Positions 1 through 12,700 of a stretch of DNA of 64,000 nt are shown piece after piece. Every line of letters starts with the position of its first letter. Within the stretch, counting starts at the first letter, position 1. Origin of the DNA: Callorhinchus milii (Eukaryota); contig NW_024704749.1 in assembly GCF_018977255.1 (NCBI RefSeq), positions 8,494,001-8,558,000 of the forward strand, written 5' to 3'. The position numbers and the translations under genes are program-made. The notes under the pieces were generated by a model, which had not been told where the DNA came from, did not search any database, and worked only from the letters and a program-made list of their open reading frames with translations.

Positions 1-3000
1 GAGGCACCCACCTCCCCATCGTACAGATCCACGCTGCCCGTGCCCTGCATGAGGAACATGTTGATGAAGTGGATGAGGATGCTGGGGGCGGAGCGGGAGT
101 TGAGAGGGGAGTAGGCCAGCCACTTGTAAATGATCATGAAGACGAGGTAGCCGAACAGGCAGATCAGGAACAGCAGCTCGGGGATCAGAACTAACGCGAT
201 GTTGTACATCTTGTTAAAGTGCCTGTAACATAACACATAGCGGTCTGATCACAGCCAAACCCCAGCCCAGCCCAGCAGCCTCCAGCCCCCAACCCCCCCC
301 AGCCCCCAACCCCAGCCCCCAACCCCTCAGGGGGCTGTTTATGGAGGAGTGGCCTGAAGAATTCCCAAAGTCCCACCCATGGCTCCACCTACTCATCCCA
401 TGGCTCCACCCACTTCCCCCTCCCCCAGCTCCACCTCATCACCAAGCTGGAGGTTGGGGGTGGGGGGGGGTGAACTTACATGTGGTTGAAGATCCCGAGA
501 CAGATCCCGAAGGTCATGTGGACGATCCCCAGGGTGACGGACATCTTCATCTTAAAGGAATTCAGGAAGCTCAGCTTGTTGTTGGCCAGATTCCAAATCT
601 GCGCAGCAAAAACCAGAGTAACCGACGTCATCCACAACAAATTGCATTTACACAACGCCTTTCACGTTGGGAGGACGCCCCAGAGCGCTGGACAGTCAGC
701 GATTTGGAACCGAGCAGGGGGTTGGGATCAGGAGGGGTGGAGGACAGGGAGGGTGACCGAAGGCGCGGTTGAAGTGGAGGGCCTTGAAGGAGGCACCTCT
801 CAAGCACACGACATCTACACTAGGTGTGCACACGGTGACGCGAACACACACACACACACAGACAGACGGATGTACCGGATCAATGCCAAACGGGTACGGG
901 CCAGTAAAAACCCCTGTGACGTTCGGGTCCAACGTCATGTACTGATTCCTCTTCAACTCCTCCATCCTGAGGTCAGAAAGATAGTGTCAGCCACCTGCTG
1001 CCCGCAGCAGTGAGACCCTCTACTACGCCCGCTGCCCACAGCATGCCAGCCTCTACCACATACTGACAATCACCGGTAGGGCAGCAAACTGCACTATTTG
1101 TTTTGATACGTACGTCCAAACCTTACTGTCAAACATGGCTTTGACGCTCCACCCGGACCCGAATATGTTGAAGGATTTGGAGAAACAGTCGTTGTAGATG
1201 AGGCCGGTGTACAGGGAGAACAGGCCCATCAGCAAGATGATGTAGCGGCCGTCAAAGAACATGTTCCAGATCTGTCAGCGGGGGAGACAAGAGGAGAGGT
1301 GGTGGGTCAGGGTCCAGTGTATCAAACACAATAGTGACCCACCTCACTGCGTACACACACCATCACTCCCCTTCGCATGCACACACACACACACACGCAT
1401 GTACACTAGATTTGCACAGTCACTTGCACACAGATATTGTGTGCGCGGAGGGTGCTGGCTGTGTGTGGTGGGGGGATGGGGGAGGCATGCGTCTCAGTGT
1501 GTGTTGTGTGTGTGCGTGTATGTACGTGAAGGTCTCTACCCACCTCGTTCCTGGTGTTCTTGAGTTTGGGGTTGGCCTCGAACAGGACCATCCAGAGAGC
1601 AAAGAGAGACATGACCAGGCCATGTCCAAAGTCCCCGAACATCACGGCGAAGAGGAAGGGAAAGGTGATGATGGTGTAAGGGGCTGGAGGAGGAGAGAAG
1701 AACTCAGTGAGCAGGGCCCACAGAGAGAGCCAGAACTCACCCCACACAATTGCAGTGGGGGGAGACGAGAGAATATAATAATCCTTGCAATATAGCGCCT
1801 TATCACGTCGTTGAGACATCCCAAAGCACTTCACCGAATGTACTGTAAAGTGGAGTGACTGTATTTTGTGGGTGGGGGAAAATATCCACTGGAATTGGAT
1901 TTCTACACAGCATTTCCGGGATTCCCTGTCATTGTGTAACACCTCTTGGACCTGGTTTTCTACGCTCCTGGGCCTCAGTGAGAGGGAGTCATGCAGTGCG
2001 CGTGTGTGCGGGGGGAGAGGGGCTGATGGCCTCACCTGGGTTGACTTCCCGATAACAGCTGATCCCATAGGCGTCCACGATGTTCTGGAAGCCGGAGGTG
2101 AACTTGTTGGTGCGGATGAGGCTGGGGGGCGTGTCCGTGCTGGGGATCCGATTCACAAACGAGGGCACTGTGGCCCCACTCTTCCTCTGCGACACACACA
2201 CACAGTCAGTGAGGACACACATACAAACACACACAGTCAGTGAGGACACAACACACAGTCAGTGAGGACACACACACACACACACACAGTCAGTGAGGAC
2301 ACACACACACTGTCAGTGAGGACACACACATACAACACACACAAACACAGCCAGGACAGCGGAGTCTGGCAGAAACTGGACTGAGCGTGCGCAGGCTTGC
2401 GGTGAGTATGTATGTGTGTGTGTGCGCGTCTTGTTAAGAGTGTGTCTGTGTACATGGTGCACCCACATGTTGAATGTGCAAATGTGCTATGTATGTATGA
2501 TATGCTTATACCAATATACCAATACGCATATTTGTGCATATATAAATGTGTGTGTGCTTACACGTGTTGGGTATGTGTGTGTACACACGTTGCGTGCATG
2601 CCCCGATCACTAACACACACTCACAGAGCCCTCCTCCAGCGCCTGGCGCACTTGTGGCAGGTCAGCTACAGGACACCACACCTCCGCAATCAGACACTTG
2701 TTGGTGACATCGAAGCTGCACATGTTGAGGATGTGGTAAATGGCTTTCATCTTGCGAACCTGGATCAGCCAGGTGGAAATGGACTCCGAGGCCTTAGACA
2801 GCACCTGCTGCAGGTACTCACTTGTCCTCTGTAGCACCTGTTTAATACCATACGGGAAGGGCGATTAACTTAACAACAATGTCTGCATTTCACACAGCTA
2901 TTATCTCAATGAAAGCTCTGTACGAGACTCCTGAATTAACTGAATCTTCGCCAAGTGCTTTGAAGTGACGTGATAATATGTTGCGATATAGATATATATC

Positions 3001-6000
3001 CATCAATCTCAAATTTGTTTATTTACAACAACTTGCATTTATAAAGCTTACAGTAAGCACTCAATCAGCGCAGCATTAATAGAGATCCAAGTGACGGAAC
3101 AATTGTGCTATTTCATGGTCTTGTGATCCCCCCACCCATCCCTCTCTCCCAAAGAGCAGTGGTGCTCATGTCGCTAGGAGACCCGCTAATAACCTTGGCT
3201 AAACGCCAGCTGGACGTGCGGTTATGATTTAAGGAAACTGACTGACAACAGGGGATAGTTTTTAAATCAAATTACTTAATCTCCTCGGGCAGTTCTGTAA
3301 CTGAAATCACAAGACTCTGACTGAATTGCTTCTGCTTTGATCTCGCACGCACACACACACATACACACACACACACGTCCCAACCTCTGGCTCGGGGAGT
3401 TGCATACCGTGTGCAGATCTTGTATGCGGGTGTTAAGGCCTGTGACAATCTCCTTCCTCTCCTGGATGGTGCTCGGGTAAGGGTACACGTGACAGTGGTA
3501 ACTGCAAACAACCGTCCTCAGTCAGAATTGTGTTTGGTAACAATATTCACACGTGGCTCGCACACACGCTCGCACACTCACACACACAAACATGTTTATC
3601 ACAAATATCGCCCACAAATATACATTCAATTCACTTTACAGCATATTCTGTGAAGCGCTTTGAGACGTCTAGAAGACGTGAAAAGCGCTACATCAAATGC
3701 AAGGATCATTATTATTATTTATCAGACAATTACTGTCAAACAAAGCTGACTTCCTTCCTTACCAGTCACAAATCTTCTTCACCTTCTGCCCAATCTGCTC
3801 GCCCCAATAAGACACGAGGAACACCACCCACTTCACATTCTCCCCCTACAACACAAACCGACCAGAGCGAGCGCTTTAGGGAGATGTCAACGAAAAAGAG
3901 ACTGAGATAGAGAGAGAAACAGAGACACACAGACAAAGAGAGACAGACAAACAGAGACACACAGAGAGATTTGCTTTGGCGCTGTAAAATTTCTGTGAAA
4001 TAGGTACTCATTACTCCATTTCCATAGTGGCCTTCACACAGGGTAGGGTCACAGAGCGCTTAACAGTGGGGGAATTTTACACTGAGTCGGGGAGAGAGGG
4101 GAGGTGAGCGTAGGTAAGGGTCGAAGAGGAAAGCCTTCAGGTGCGTAGGCAGCGGGGTAGGGAGGAGGGGCGGAGAGCAGGGGGAGTAGTGGAGGAGGGG
4201 TGGGGCACAGCGGAGGGGCTGAGGGAAGGAACAGATAGGAGGGGGCGGAGAGGGTGGAGCGTCTGAACTCACGGTGTCGGGGTCCTCCAGGCCCATTTCT
4301 AGCTCCTGGCAGGTCAAGATGGTGTAGCCCTTACACACTCGCCACATCATCCGCTCGAAGGGTCCCACCTTCCAGGGATGGATCACCCCTGCGATAAACC
4401 TGCCGCAGAACAGCACTCGGTCACTGGGAGGCCACACTCACAACACCAGCAAATACTAGTTATACTTACACAGAGGCTTTCACCCAAACTGTCAAAGAGG
4501 CGGGACTTGGGACTCTATGATTGGGGCAAGGGGAGGGAGAAGGGGGGAAAAAATCGGAACAGAGCCACCACTTGGTAACTGACTGGAAAATCCTACACAG
4601 GTGAGACCTACCCTAATTTAGCTCCCAGTCTCTGCATGTTGGTATAATCCATCAGTGGCTCTTTATCCAACGAGGGGAACTCTTCATACTGTGCCTGGGG
4701 CTCCAGCTACAGGGAAATCAGTGTTAAACAGGCCGTCAAATCTAAGAGCAACGAGAGTGTCTAACCCTGTTCTCACACACACTCAACAGCCCAGCCCGGA
4801 ATCTCTCGCACACTCACGTCCAGAGCCCGCCTGACGAAGGAGGTTGTGACCCGCAGCATGTGGTTGTACTCTGTCAGCTCCAGCAGGTTCCTCTTCAGTG
4901 TCTCCTTGTTCTTCGTCACCTCCCGCAGCTCGACCTCCAGCTGCTGCAGCTGCTCCTAGGGTCAGAGAACAAAAAAGCTTCCAGCCGCGTCTCCCACCAG
5001 AGCCACGAAACCCTCCTCAAACTCACAGCGAGCGTTCACCGTCACATGCCTCATCTCCGAACGTCTGCCAGCGGGAAAGCTTGCCGGGCAGCAACGACAA
5101 CAAATTACACTTGTAATAGCGCCTTTCACATCGGAAAGACATGGACAATCGGGGGTCCTGGACCCGAGCATGGAATTCTCTATCAGTTTGGTGTGGAAGA
5201 CTCTAAAGCACAGGGATGGGTTTCTGTATATGTCAGATACCCACCCAGCTGATCAAGAGAAAAAAGCACCTATTTCCCCCCCCCCCCCCACCCCGGGGTT
5301 TGAAGCCCCAAGCAGAGCCTGTCACCTGGATTTTCAGCACGTGTTTGGGAAGAGGAGCCACTGGGTTGACCTCGGTGTCAGACAGAGCGATGTCCGCTCG
5401 CTTTATTTCGTGTAATAAATAATCTGCAACACACAAAGCAAAGCGTCAGCCGTGAGCAGAGCGCGACGGACAGCGACCTCCCCCGCGAAGTGGCTCCGAG
5501 TCGCTCAATGCTACAGGCACTGCGCCGATCACGAGGATCATTATTCTTATTTAGAGATCAGGCAGGAAAGGTCCCGCCGAGCGACAGAGGGTTACAAACA
5601 GCACCTGCCAGAAGGACTGTGGAAGTCACTGGCTGCAGCTGAGGAATGGATTGGTGAGGTTTAAAGGGCGGTGGGCAGTAAGGGCTGCGGAGGAAGCAAA
5701 GGTTCGATAAGAAATCGAACAAAGTGAATTCCTGTTGAGAGTACTGTAACTTTGTTGGGAACAAACTGGGGGAGCAGATCAGGTGGCTAAATGGCTTCTT
5801 CCTCCGTCTATTTATATTGATCCCCCTGCAGAGAGGAAACGCCCGCTCGCTCCACCTGCTCTCTTGCACCCATTTCCCCCCCTCCCCACACCCCCACACC
5901 CCGCTTGCTCTCCCGGGCAGCGCAGTGCTCGTTCCCTTACCCAGAGTCTTCTCCATCTCTTCACACCTCCGCGTCTCGCTCACAAACTTGCGCTGAAAGG

Positions 6001-8260
6001 TGCTCACGGTGGGGTTCAGCTGAGGAGGAAAACAGACGGGGAAACAGAATCAACCATGTGGACGGAGAGGAATCACAGCTCCACCCCGGCAGTGACCCGC
6101 CCTCGCAGAAAAACCCAGAGCCATATTACCCTGCGCAATTGGCTGCCGTGTTTCGCCCACAAATCACAAATTCAATCCACTTTGTAATACATTCTATGAG
6201 GTGCTTTGAGACGTCTCAATGACGTGATAAGGTACTGCAGCAAGGATAAGAGCTGAGTCTTCAGGTAATTACATTTTATTGGGAAAGTAAGGATTTATTT
6301 TCGGTTTGAAGAACGATTTTAGATCCACCCAGGCAGCAGGACAAGAGGGCACAGTCGCAGGAGCGTAAAGTGCGGGTTTAGAAAGGGCGGACACCAGGAG
6401 TATTCCTTGCTCACGCATGCTGCAGGCTGAAATGTGTTACCGGGAGGGAAGGGTAGTGTGGGGTCAGGATGCTGGGGACTTGTTCATCAAACCGCTCAGT
6501 GTTGCAATGGTGGGAGTTCTAAAACCTTGAGGGATATGGGGCAAAGGCGGGTAGTTGGTATTGAGGTACAGATCAACCATGATCTAAGCAAATGGTGGAA
6601 TAAGCTCGAGGAGCTGAATGACCATCTCCTCTTCCTATGTCCCTATGAAGGATGCCTCTCACTGCCCCACCTTCCACACGAATGAACAAGAGATGTGTCT
6701 TTACTGCACTGAGCAGTCATGGAAATTCAACTTACAGCAGCCAAGTCACTGCCTCGCCAGCCCCACTCTGAGCAAAACCTTCCCTTTCATCTCAGTCGCA
6801 CATCAAAGCAGGGCCTTGACCATCCCCCAACCTTCACCGCTCTGGGAATATCCTGCTTTTCGCAGCCAACTACAAACCAACACAGAGCAGCTCCACCACA
6901 AGTTGTCTTTACTAACTGGAGGCAAAATACTCTACCATTAAACCAGCTCACACTCTGGTTGCGTACATGCAATGTGCTGCGGTTGCCCCCTGACCTAACC
7001 TATCAGCCACTTCCCGTGTTTTGGGGTTGAGGGACGCCAAAGTGAAGACGAGGGAGAGACCGGAAGCTCTAAGCAAACATCGCCAGCTACCAATCCTCCA
7101 GACCTTCATCTTTCTGAACTTCGCAGAAGGTTCAAAGAGCCATTATCGTACCACCCTCAGTCACACCCATGCTGAGCGCTGGCACTGACTCAACACTCAT
7201 TCATTCGTTGCTATCTGCCTGCAATCAGCAACACTCTACGTGTAACTTGGCAGTTTGACTGTTTAACTTGGCTCGAAAGGGCTCTTGCAGGAAACCGAGC
7301 TGCACAACGTCTAAACACAGAGCTTCCTGTCATATCTCACTCGCCCAACAGCCGCCGTCCACTGTGTCACAATCACATTTAGAGGCACATTCACGTGACC
7401 GATTTACTGACGGTTACCGAAGAGGTTCGGAAACTCTTGCTTTGTGCGACGTGGATAACGCCGTTCAACTGCAGTCGGTGCCAACCCAGAAAAGCCCGGC
7501 TCCTGTGCCCAGCAAAATGAGCGCCGCCTGTGCACTGAACCAGTCTGTAAAATGACCTCCCAGACGCGCGAAAGATAGTTCGCTCTGCGATACAGACACC
7601 GTTTATTCCTGGTCCGCACAGCGAGCGAGCGAGGCGTCCGAACCCAAGGAGACCCGGCGGCCCGACAGCGCGCGGTCAAAGTGGTCTTAAAAACGACGGC
7701 GACGACAACTTGCATTTACACAGCGCTCCCCCACCCCCCGCACAGGGTTAGCGTCCCAGAGCGCCCGACAACGGCGGACGGCGACCGCAAGCGCGACCGG
7801 AGAGGGGGTGGGCGTCCGGCGCTACCTGGAGATGGGGAAGGAGGCGGGTGGGGGTGTGGGGAGAGGCGGAGAGATTGGGGGGGTGGTGGGGTGGGGGTGG
7901 GGGCAAGAGACTTAAGGTGGGGAGAGGGAGTGGGGGGGGGGGGGGTCTGGGGAGGGAATTAAAAGGGACGACGAGGCATCGGAGCCGGAATCCCCAAGGC
8001 CGGGCCACGGGGGTGAGGGAGGAGGCGGCAGAGAGAGAGAGAGGAGAGAGGGAGAGGCCCTGGGGGGGGGGGGGGGGTGTGGTGTGTGTGTGGGGGGGGG
8101 GGGGGGGGGAGGGTAGCCCAGGCGAGGCCGAGGCCGCACTCACATCCCTGAACTCCACCAGGCCGCTCTCGCCCAGTTCGCTCACGCAGTCGTAGGCCGA
8201 GGCCGACTGCAGGAAGAGCTGCGCCAGACACAGCTCCTCACTGCGGAACATGGAGCCCAT
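1..8260 (-). CDS. ATP6V0A2: V-ATPase V0 subunit a2 (multi-exon; 3' part runs off the window start)
   Basis: Exon 1 8144-8260 [39 protein letters not shown]|GTGAGT. Further exons at ~5941-6019, 5326-5423, 4818-4955, 4611-4706 ([27 protein letters not shown], a2-like), 4273-4399, 3763-3845, 3408-3501, 2624-2836, 2035-2186 ([17 protein letters not shown]), 1544-1684 ([15 protein letters not shown]), 1114-1271, ~865-966, 479-598, <1-222. Adjacent to TCTN2 as in human. Confidence 0.95.
2192..2345. repeat. Compound repeat (CA)n-GTCAGTGAGGA, about 5 copies
   Basis: Direct reading; lies immediately upstream of an ATP6V0A2 acceptor. Confidence 0.8.
6300..6646 (+). mobile_element. CR1-type LINE 3' fragment
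   Basis: AGGACAAGAGGGCACAG... and 3' end GATCAACCATGATCT...CTCGAGGAGCTGAATG.CC..CTCCT.TTCCTATG; similar end at ~32900-33002. Confidence 0.65.
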
Positions 8261-8279
8261 CTCCTCCTCCTCCCTCCCT

Positions 8280-8600
8280 ACCTCCCTCCCCGGTCGGGGT
8301 CGGTCCTGTGTCTCCGTCCGTCCCCCCCTCACCGCCACCTGAGGGGGCGCTTCCGGAACCTTCAGTCAGCGCTCAAGCGGCCGTCAGGGGGACTTCCGGG
8401 CGCAGGCGGAACGTTTGTCCGGGGGGGGGACGGGGGGGACGGGGACGAAAGTTCCGGGGAAGGGAGAGGAGGAGGGACCTGACTGAGCGCCTCACTGCCC
8501 TCCGGTCGCCAATGGCGGTTTTTTTTTTGTCCACAGGTCTCTCTCTCTCCGCCGTCGCCGTCGCAGCGAACGCGGACCCGTTCCCTCCCACTGGCGCTTC
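8280..8600. promoter_or_regulatory. ATP6V0A2 CpG-island promoter
   Basis: GC/CpG-rich; CTTCCGG ETS cores near 8350 and 8392; CCAAT near 8509. Confidence 0.55.
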
Positions 8601-8770
8601 AGATCGTTCATTCCGTTCACTCCGCGGGTTAGCGGTTTTACAGTCATTCTGTTGTCCCATTCGTTCTACTCTATGCGTCGAAGATGGTATATAATACGTG
8701 TATCTTAGTTATATATTATATATATGTATATATATGTTATATTTTGCCCCTCGTCTGTCTCTCTGGTTTC

Positions 8771-9004
8771 NNNNNNNNNNNNNNNNNNNNNNNNNNNNNN
8801 NNNNNNNNNNNNNNNNNNNNNNNNNNNNNNNNNNNNNNNNNNNNNNNNNNNNNNNNNNNNNNNNNNNNNNNNNNNNNNNNNNNNNNNNNNNNNNNNNNNN
8901 NNNNNNNNNNNNNNNNNNNNNNNNNNNNNNNNNNNNNNNNNNNNNNNNNNNNNNNNNNNNNNNNNNNNNNNNNNNNNNNNNNNNNNNNNNNNNNNNNNNN
9001 NNNN
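8771..9004. other. Assembly gap (other gaps at 18549-18698, 18755-18889, 19260-19409)
   Basis: N runs. Confidence 1.
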
Positions 9005-9302
9005 NCGGCAGCGAGTTCCACATTCTCATCGCCCGCCCGAGCGAACCAACGAACGAACGCACGAACGCACTCCCTCCCGAACTCCCGGCGTCGCTGCGCT
9101 TTGCGGCGTCGCAACGCGCGAGAGGTCGGCCGCCGTTGTACCAAATAACAAGGATGACTACTATTAAAGGGTTGTTATTGCTGTTGTTGTTATTATTCAA
9201 CCCGTCGCCGAGTCGCTCGCGTTGGTGCAGAGCGCACCACCACGATAATGAGAGGCGCAAAACACGAGGTTTTATTCACACGTCTCTCAATTTTTTTTAT
9301 TT

Positions 9303-9333
<31 letters not shown>

Positions 9334-9726
9334 ATACTCTTTGGCCGTTTGTATAAATAGGTCTTAAAAAATATTTTCTGTACACGTCATTTTTTTAAAA
9401 AAAAACAACACACAAGAGCGCTCGGTCGTTCATTCAGGTGAAAAAAAAATGTACACTCCATATTATGTTTCGCCCACAAAATATGCTGTCGATTCACTTT
9501 ACAGTATGTTCTGTGAAATGCTTTGAGGCATCTCAAGGACGCGATCAAATGCAAGGATTAATACTATTAACACATATATCACCACTTTATAAAGTTTTGG
9601 GGAAAAAAAACTAATTCAAAACTTCCCAAACACAGCCACAAATGCAACCCGTGCGGGCTCCGGTTGTAAACAGAACGTTCTGGAAAATGTCGGTAAGACG
9701 TCATTCCGGCGAAAAGAAGCCTGATC

Positions 9727-12700
9727 TCAGGAGAGGTTGTGCCACACCTGGCGGAGTTTGCTCCAGGGGCTGCCCAGCACGGCGGCCACTATGGTCAGGA
9801 ACACGAGGAGTAATCCCTGAGCCAAGGACTCTGCGTACCATTCACCTGCCGGGGGCACGGAAACACAACGCCAAGTTACCGCGAGCGTTACAAAGGCTTC
9901 AAACCACAAGGATCAGATCAGAGAGACAATGCAAAGATCCCATGGAACTATTCAGAAAGAGAAAGAAGGGAGTTTCTCTCTCCCATATCCTGGCCCTCGA
10001 TCCCCCAGATAAAAATAACTCATTCACTTTGCGGCTGTTTCTGGGACATCACTGCGCAAATTGGCTGCCGCATTTGCCTATGAAATAGCCAGTTTCTACA
10101 TTTTGAGGTAAAACAGCGTGAAGCTCTTCAAGGTGTCCCGACAACGTGATAAAGTGCGGTGTCAAATGCAGGGATTCCACATAACAAAAAACTGCGAGCG
10201 TGTGCGTGCGGTCATTTAGAGTAAAACAGGAGACAATTCAGCGTATAAAGACTGTTCCTCCCGTTAATAACTTCCCCTCCCACCCCCTTCACTCTACACA
10301 TGCAAGAAATCAGGGGCGAGAGCCAGGGATGCGCTGCGAGCGTGTGCTGACTTTACCTGTGTCGCGCCTCAGTAACGGGTAAGCCAGCTCGGGCCAGCAA
10401 ACATCATTCCTCTTACAGTCGTACTCTGTGTAATTCATCTGGAATCTGCGAGGCCAAAAACAAAACCCAGATTCCACTGAGTCTCCGTCACGTTTGCAGG
10501 GTGATAACAACAATAACAACAGCAGCAGCAGTAGCTTGTATTTATATCGTACCCGTCAGGCTTCGGAGCAATCGCTCGAAACGGAACAGACCGATTTATC
10601 GGCAGGACATGGCTGTGGGCTGACGTTACCTGGAGAGAGGCGGTTTAGGCTGGGCCGGGACCTGGATAAACTGCACCGAGGTGCCAACGGCGAAGGACTG
10701 GACGAACAAGGAGTTCATGTCACAGCGCGCTGCGTTCCCTCCTCCGCAGTTCAAGTACCATGTCTCCACAGAGAAGCTGAAATTCACATGTTGCGTGCAG
10801 TGTAACCAAAAGCCACCAAAACCGAAAGCCCACACCCACAGACACAAACACGCACACTCCCCCCACTTACACACACACGCGCACTCCCCCCACATACACA
10901 GATACAAACACACTCCCCCCACATGCACACACACGCACACTCCCCCCAAATAGATACAAACACGCACACTACCCCCACATACACACACACACAAACACTC
11001 CCCCCAAACAGATACAAACACGCACACTACCACCACATACACAGATACAAACACGCACACTCCCACACACACACACAAACACGCACTCCCCCACATACAC
11101 ACAGACACAAACACCCTCCACGTACACACAGACACAGACAAACAAACATGGACACACCCCCTTACCACTCCCACCCTGCCCCTACTGTGCTGCTCACCTG
11201 ACCTCGGCTCCCAGGATCTCCCACTGTGGCACTCCCTGCACTGCGCCGGTCACTGCGGTGATGAAGCGGATGTTCAGGATGGCGGGAATGTTGGTGCAGA
11301 ATCCCGTGTAAGTTTTGTTCAAACCGCCTTTCTCTGCTGTCTGCAGGGGGAGCACTGCAGGCACCAACCACAACCACAATCATTCCTGAGACCACATTCA
11401 CAGACACCAGGGAGCAGGGGATCTCGCTGGATAAGCGGCGGGAAACCTTGCCAGGCAGTGCTTTCAATGGCAAGTTATGCAGTTACCCCGCAACATTCTC
11501 TGGGGCGCCCCAAGACTTGGCTCTCGCCAACCTGACCGAATACTCTCCAGAATGAGGTGAGCTGCGTGCATCCCTCCAGGGAGAGAGCGAGGGAGAGAGC
11601 GTGCACCCCATATTCCAGATACCGGTCCATGTGTGTGTAAAGGTGAGGTACACGTTTTGCCCACAAAATACACTTTACACTATATTCTGTGAAGTGCTTT
11701 GAGACGTGATTGTGGAGTCCTGTAGCTCAGTGGTTAGAGCACTCGCTTTGCAAGTGAGAGACCTGAGTTCAATTCCAGGCAGAGGGCGAAACCTTGGGCA
11801 AGTTTCTTTACTCCACAGAGCCTAATAATCTCCAAAACAAAAAGCAATAATAAATTGGTCATTTTCAATCTACGACTGTTTGTGGGACATTGCTGTGCGC
11901 AATTGGCTGCCGCGTTCGTCCACAAATATACAGTCAATTCACTTTACAGTGTGTTCTGTGAAGCGCTTTGGGACGTCCTTCCGACGTGAAAAGCGCTATA
12001 TCAAATGCAAGGATTATTATTATTATTATAAAGCGCTGTATGTGGGGTTCTCCGTCAAGTTTGGAGAGAGAGAGAAAAAAAAAAATCAGAAAAGTGTTCG
12101 AAGAGGAAAAACACAACAAAAGAATCTCAACTTGACAAAGGTGGGGATAAACACCTGCCTGAGCGAAGAGATCGATTGAAAGATGTTGTCCGAAGGCAGA
12201 GGGGAGATTTGGTGATGTCACCGGGGGGGGGGGGGGGAGAGAGGGGGCAGGGGAAAGGGGGAAGCAACCTTGCAGTGCCCCAGTGGGGAGTGCGGAGGAA
12301 AGTACGAACCTCTGAACAGCTCCACCCACTCGGACAGGTCGGAGTAGTTTGAATTTCCGCGTCGTGCAATGTGAGTGGCTGGTGTGAGAGACAGAAGATT
12401 CTCGAAAACCAGGTTCCTGGAAGAAATTGAGAGAGAGAGAGACAGAGAGAGAGAGAGCGAGCATCAATCAACGCTACTCCACACGGAGTGCTCACTGCCC
12501 CCAGCAACAGAACCTTTCACCTCTCAAACCCCCCCCCCCCATACAGTCTTCCAGTACACACACACAGACACACAGACAGAGGGTACCAGAGAATGCTGCA
12601 GTTTGAAAAGGTCCCGAGGTTGAGCCTCAAAACACAGCCCGAGATGGAGTCCTGCCCGAACAGGATGGGCGAGGTGAGCGCCGAGGCACACAATCCATTT

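Noticed and set aside
8684-9360. ORFs spanning N runs (also 18335-19481)
   Set aside because: Artefacts of assembly gaps.
11712-11785. tRNA genes (also 46394 and ~57025-57096)
   Set aside because: tRNA-like heads continue into SINE body and tail; the acceptor stem does not pair properly.
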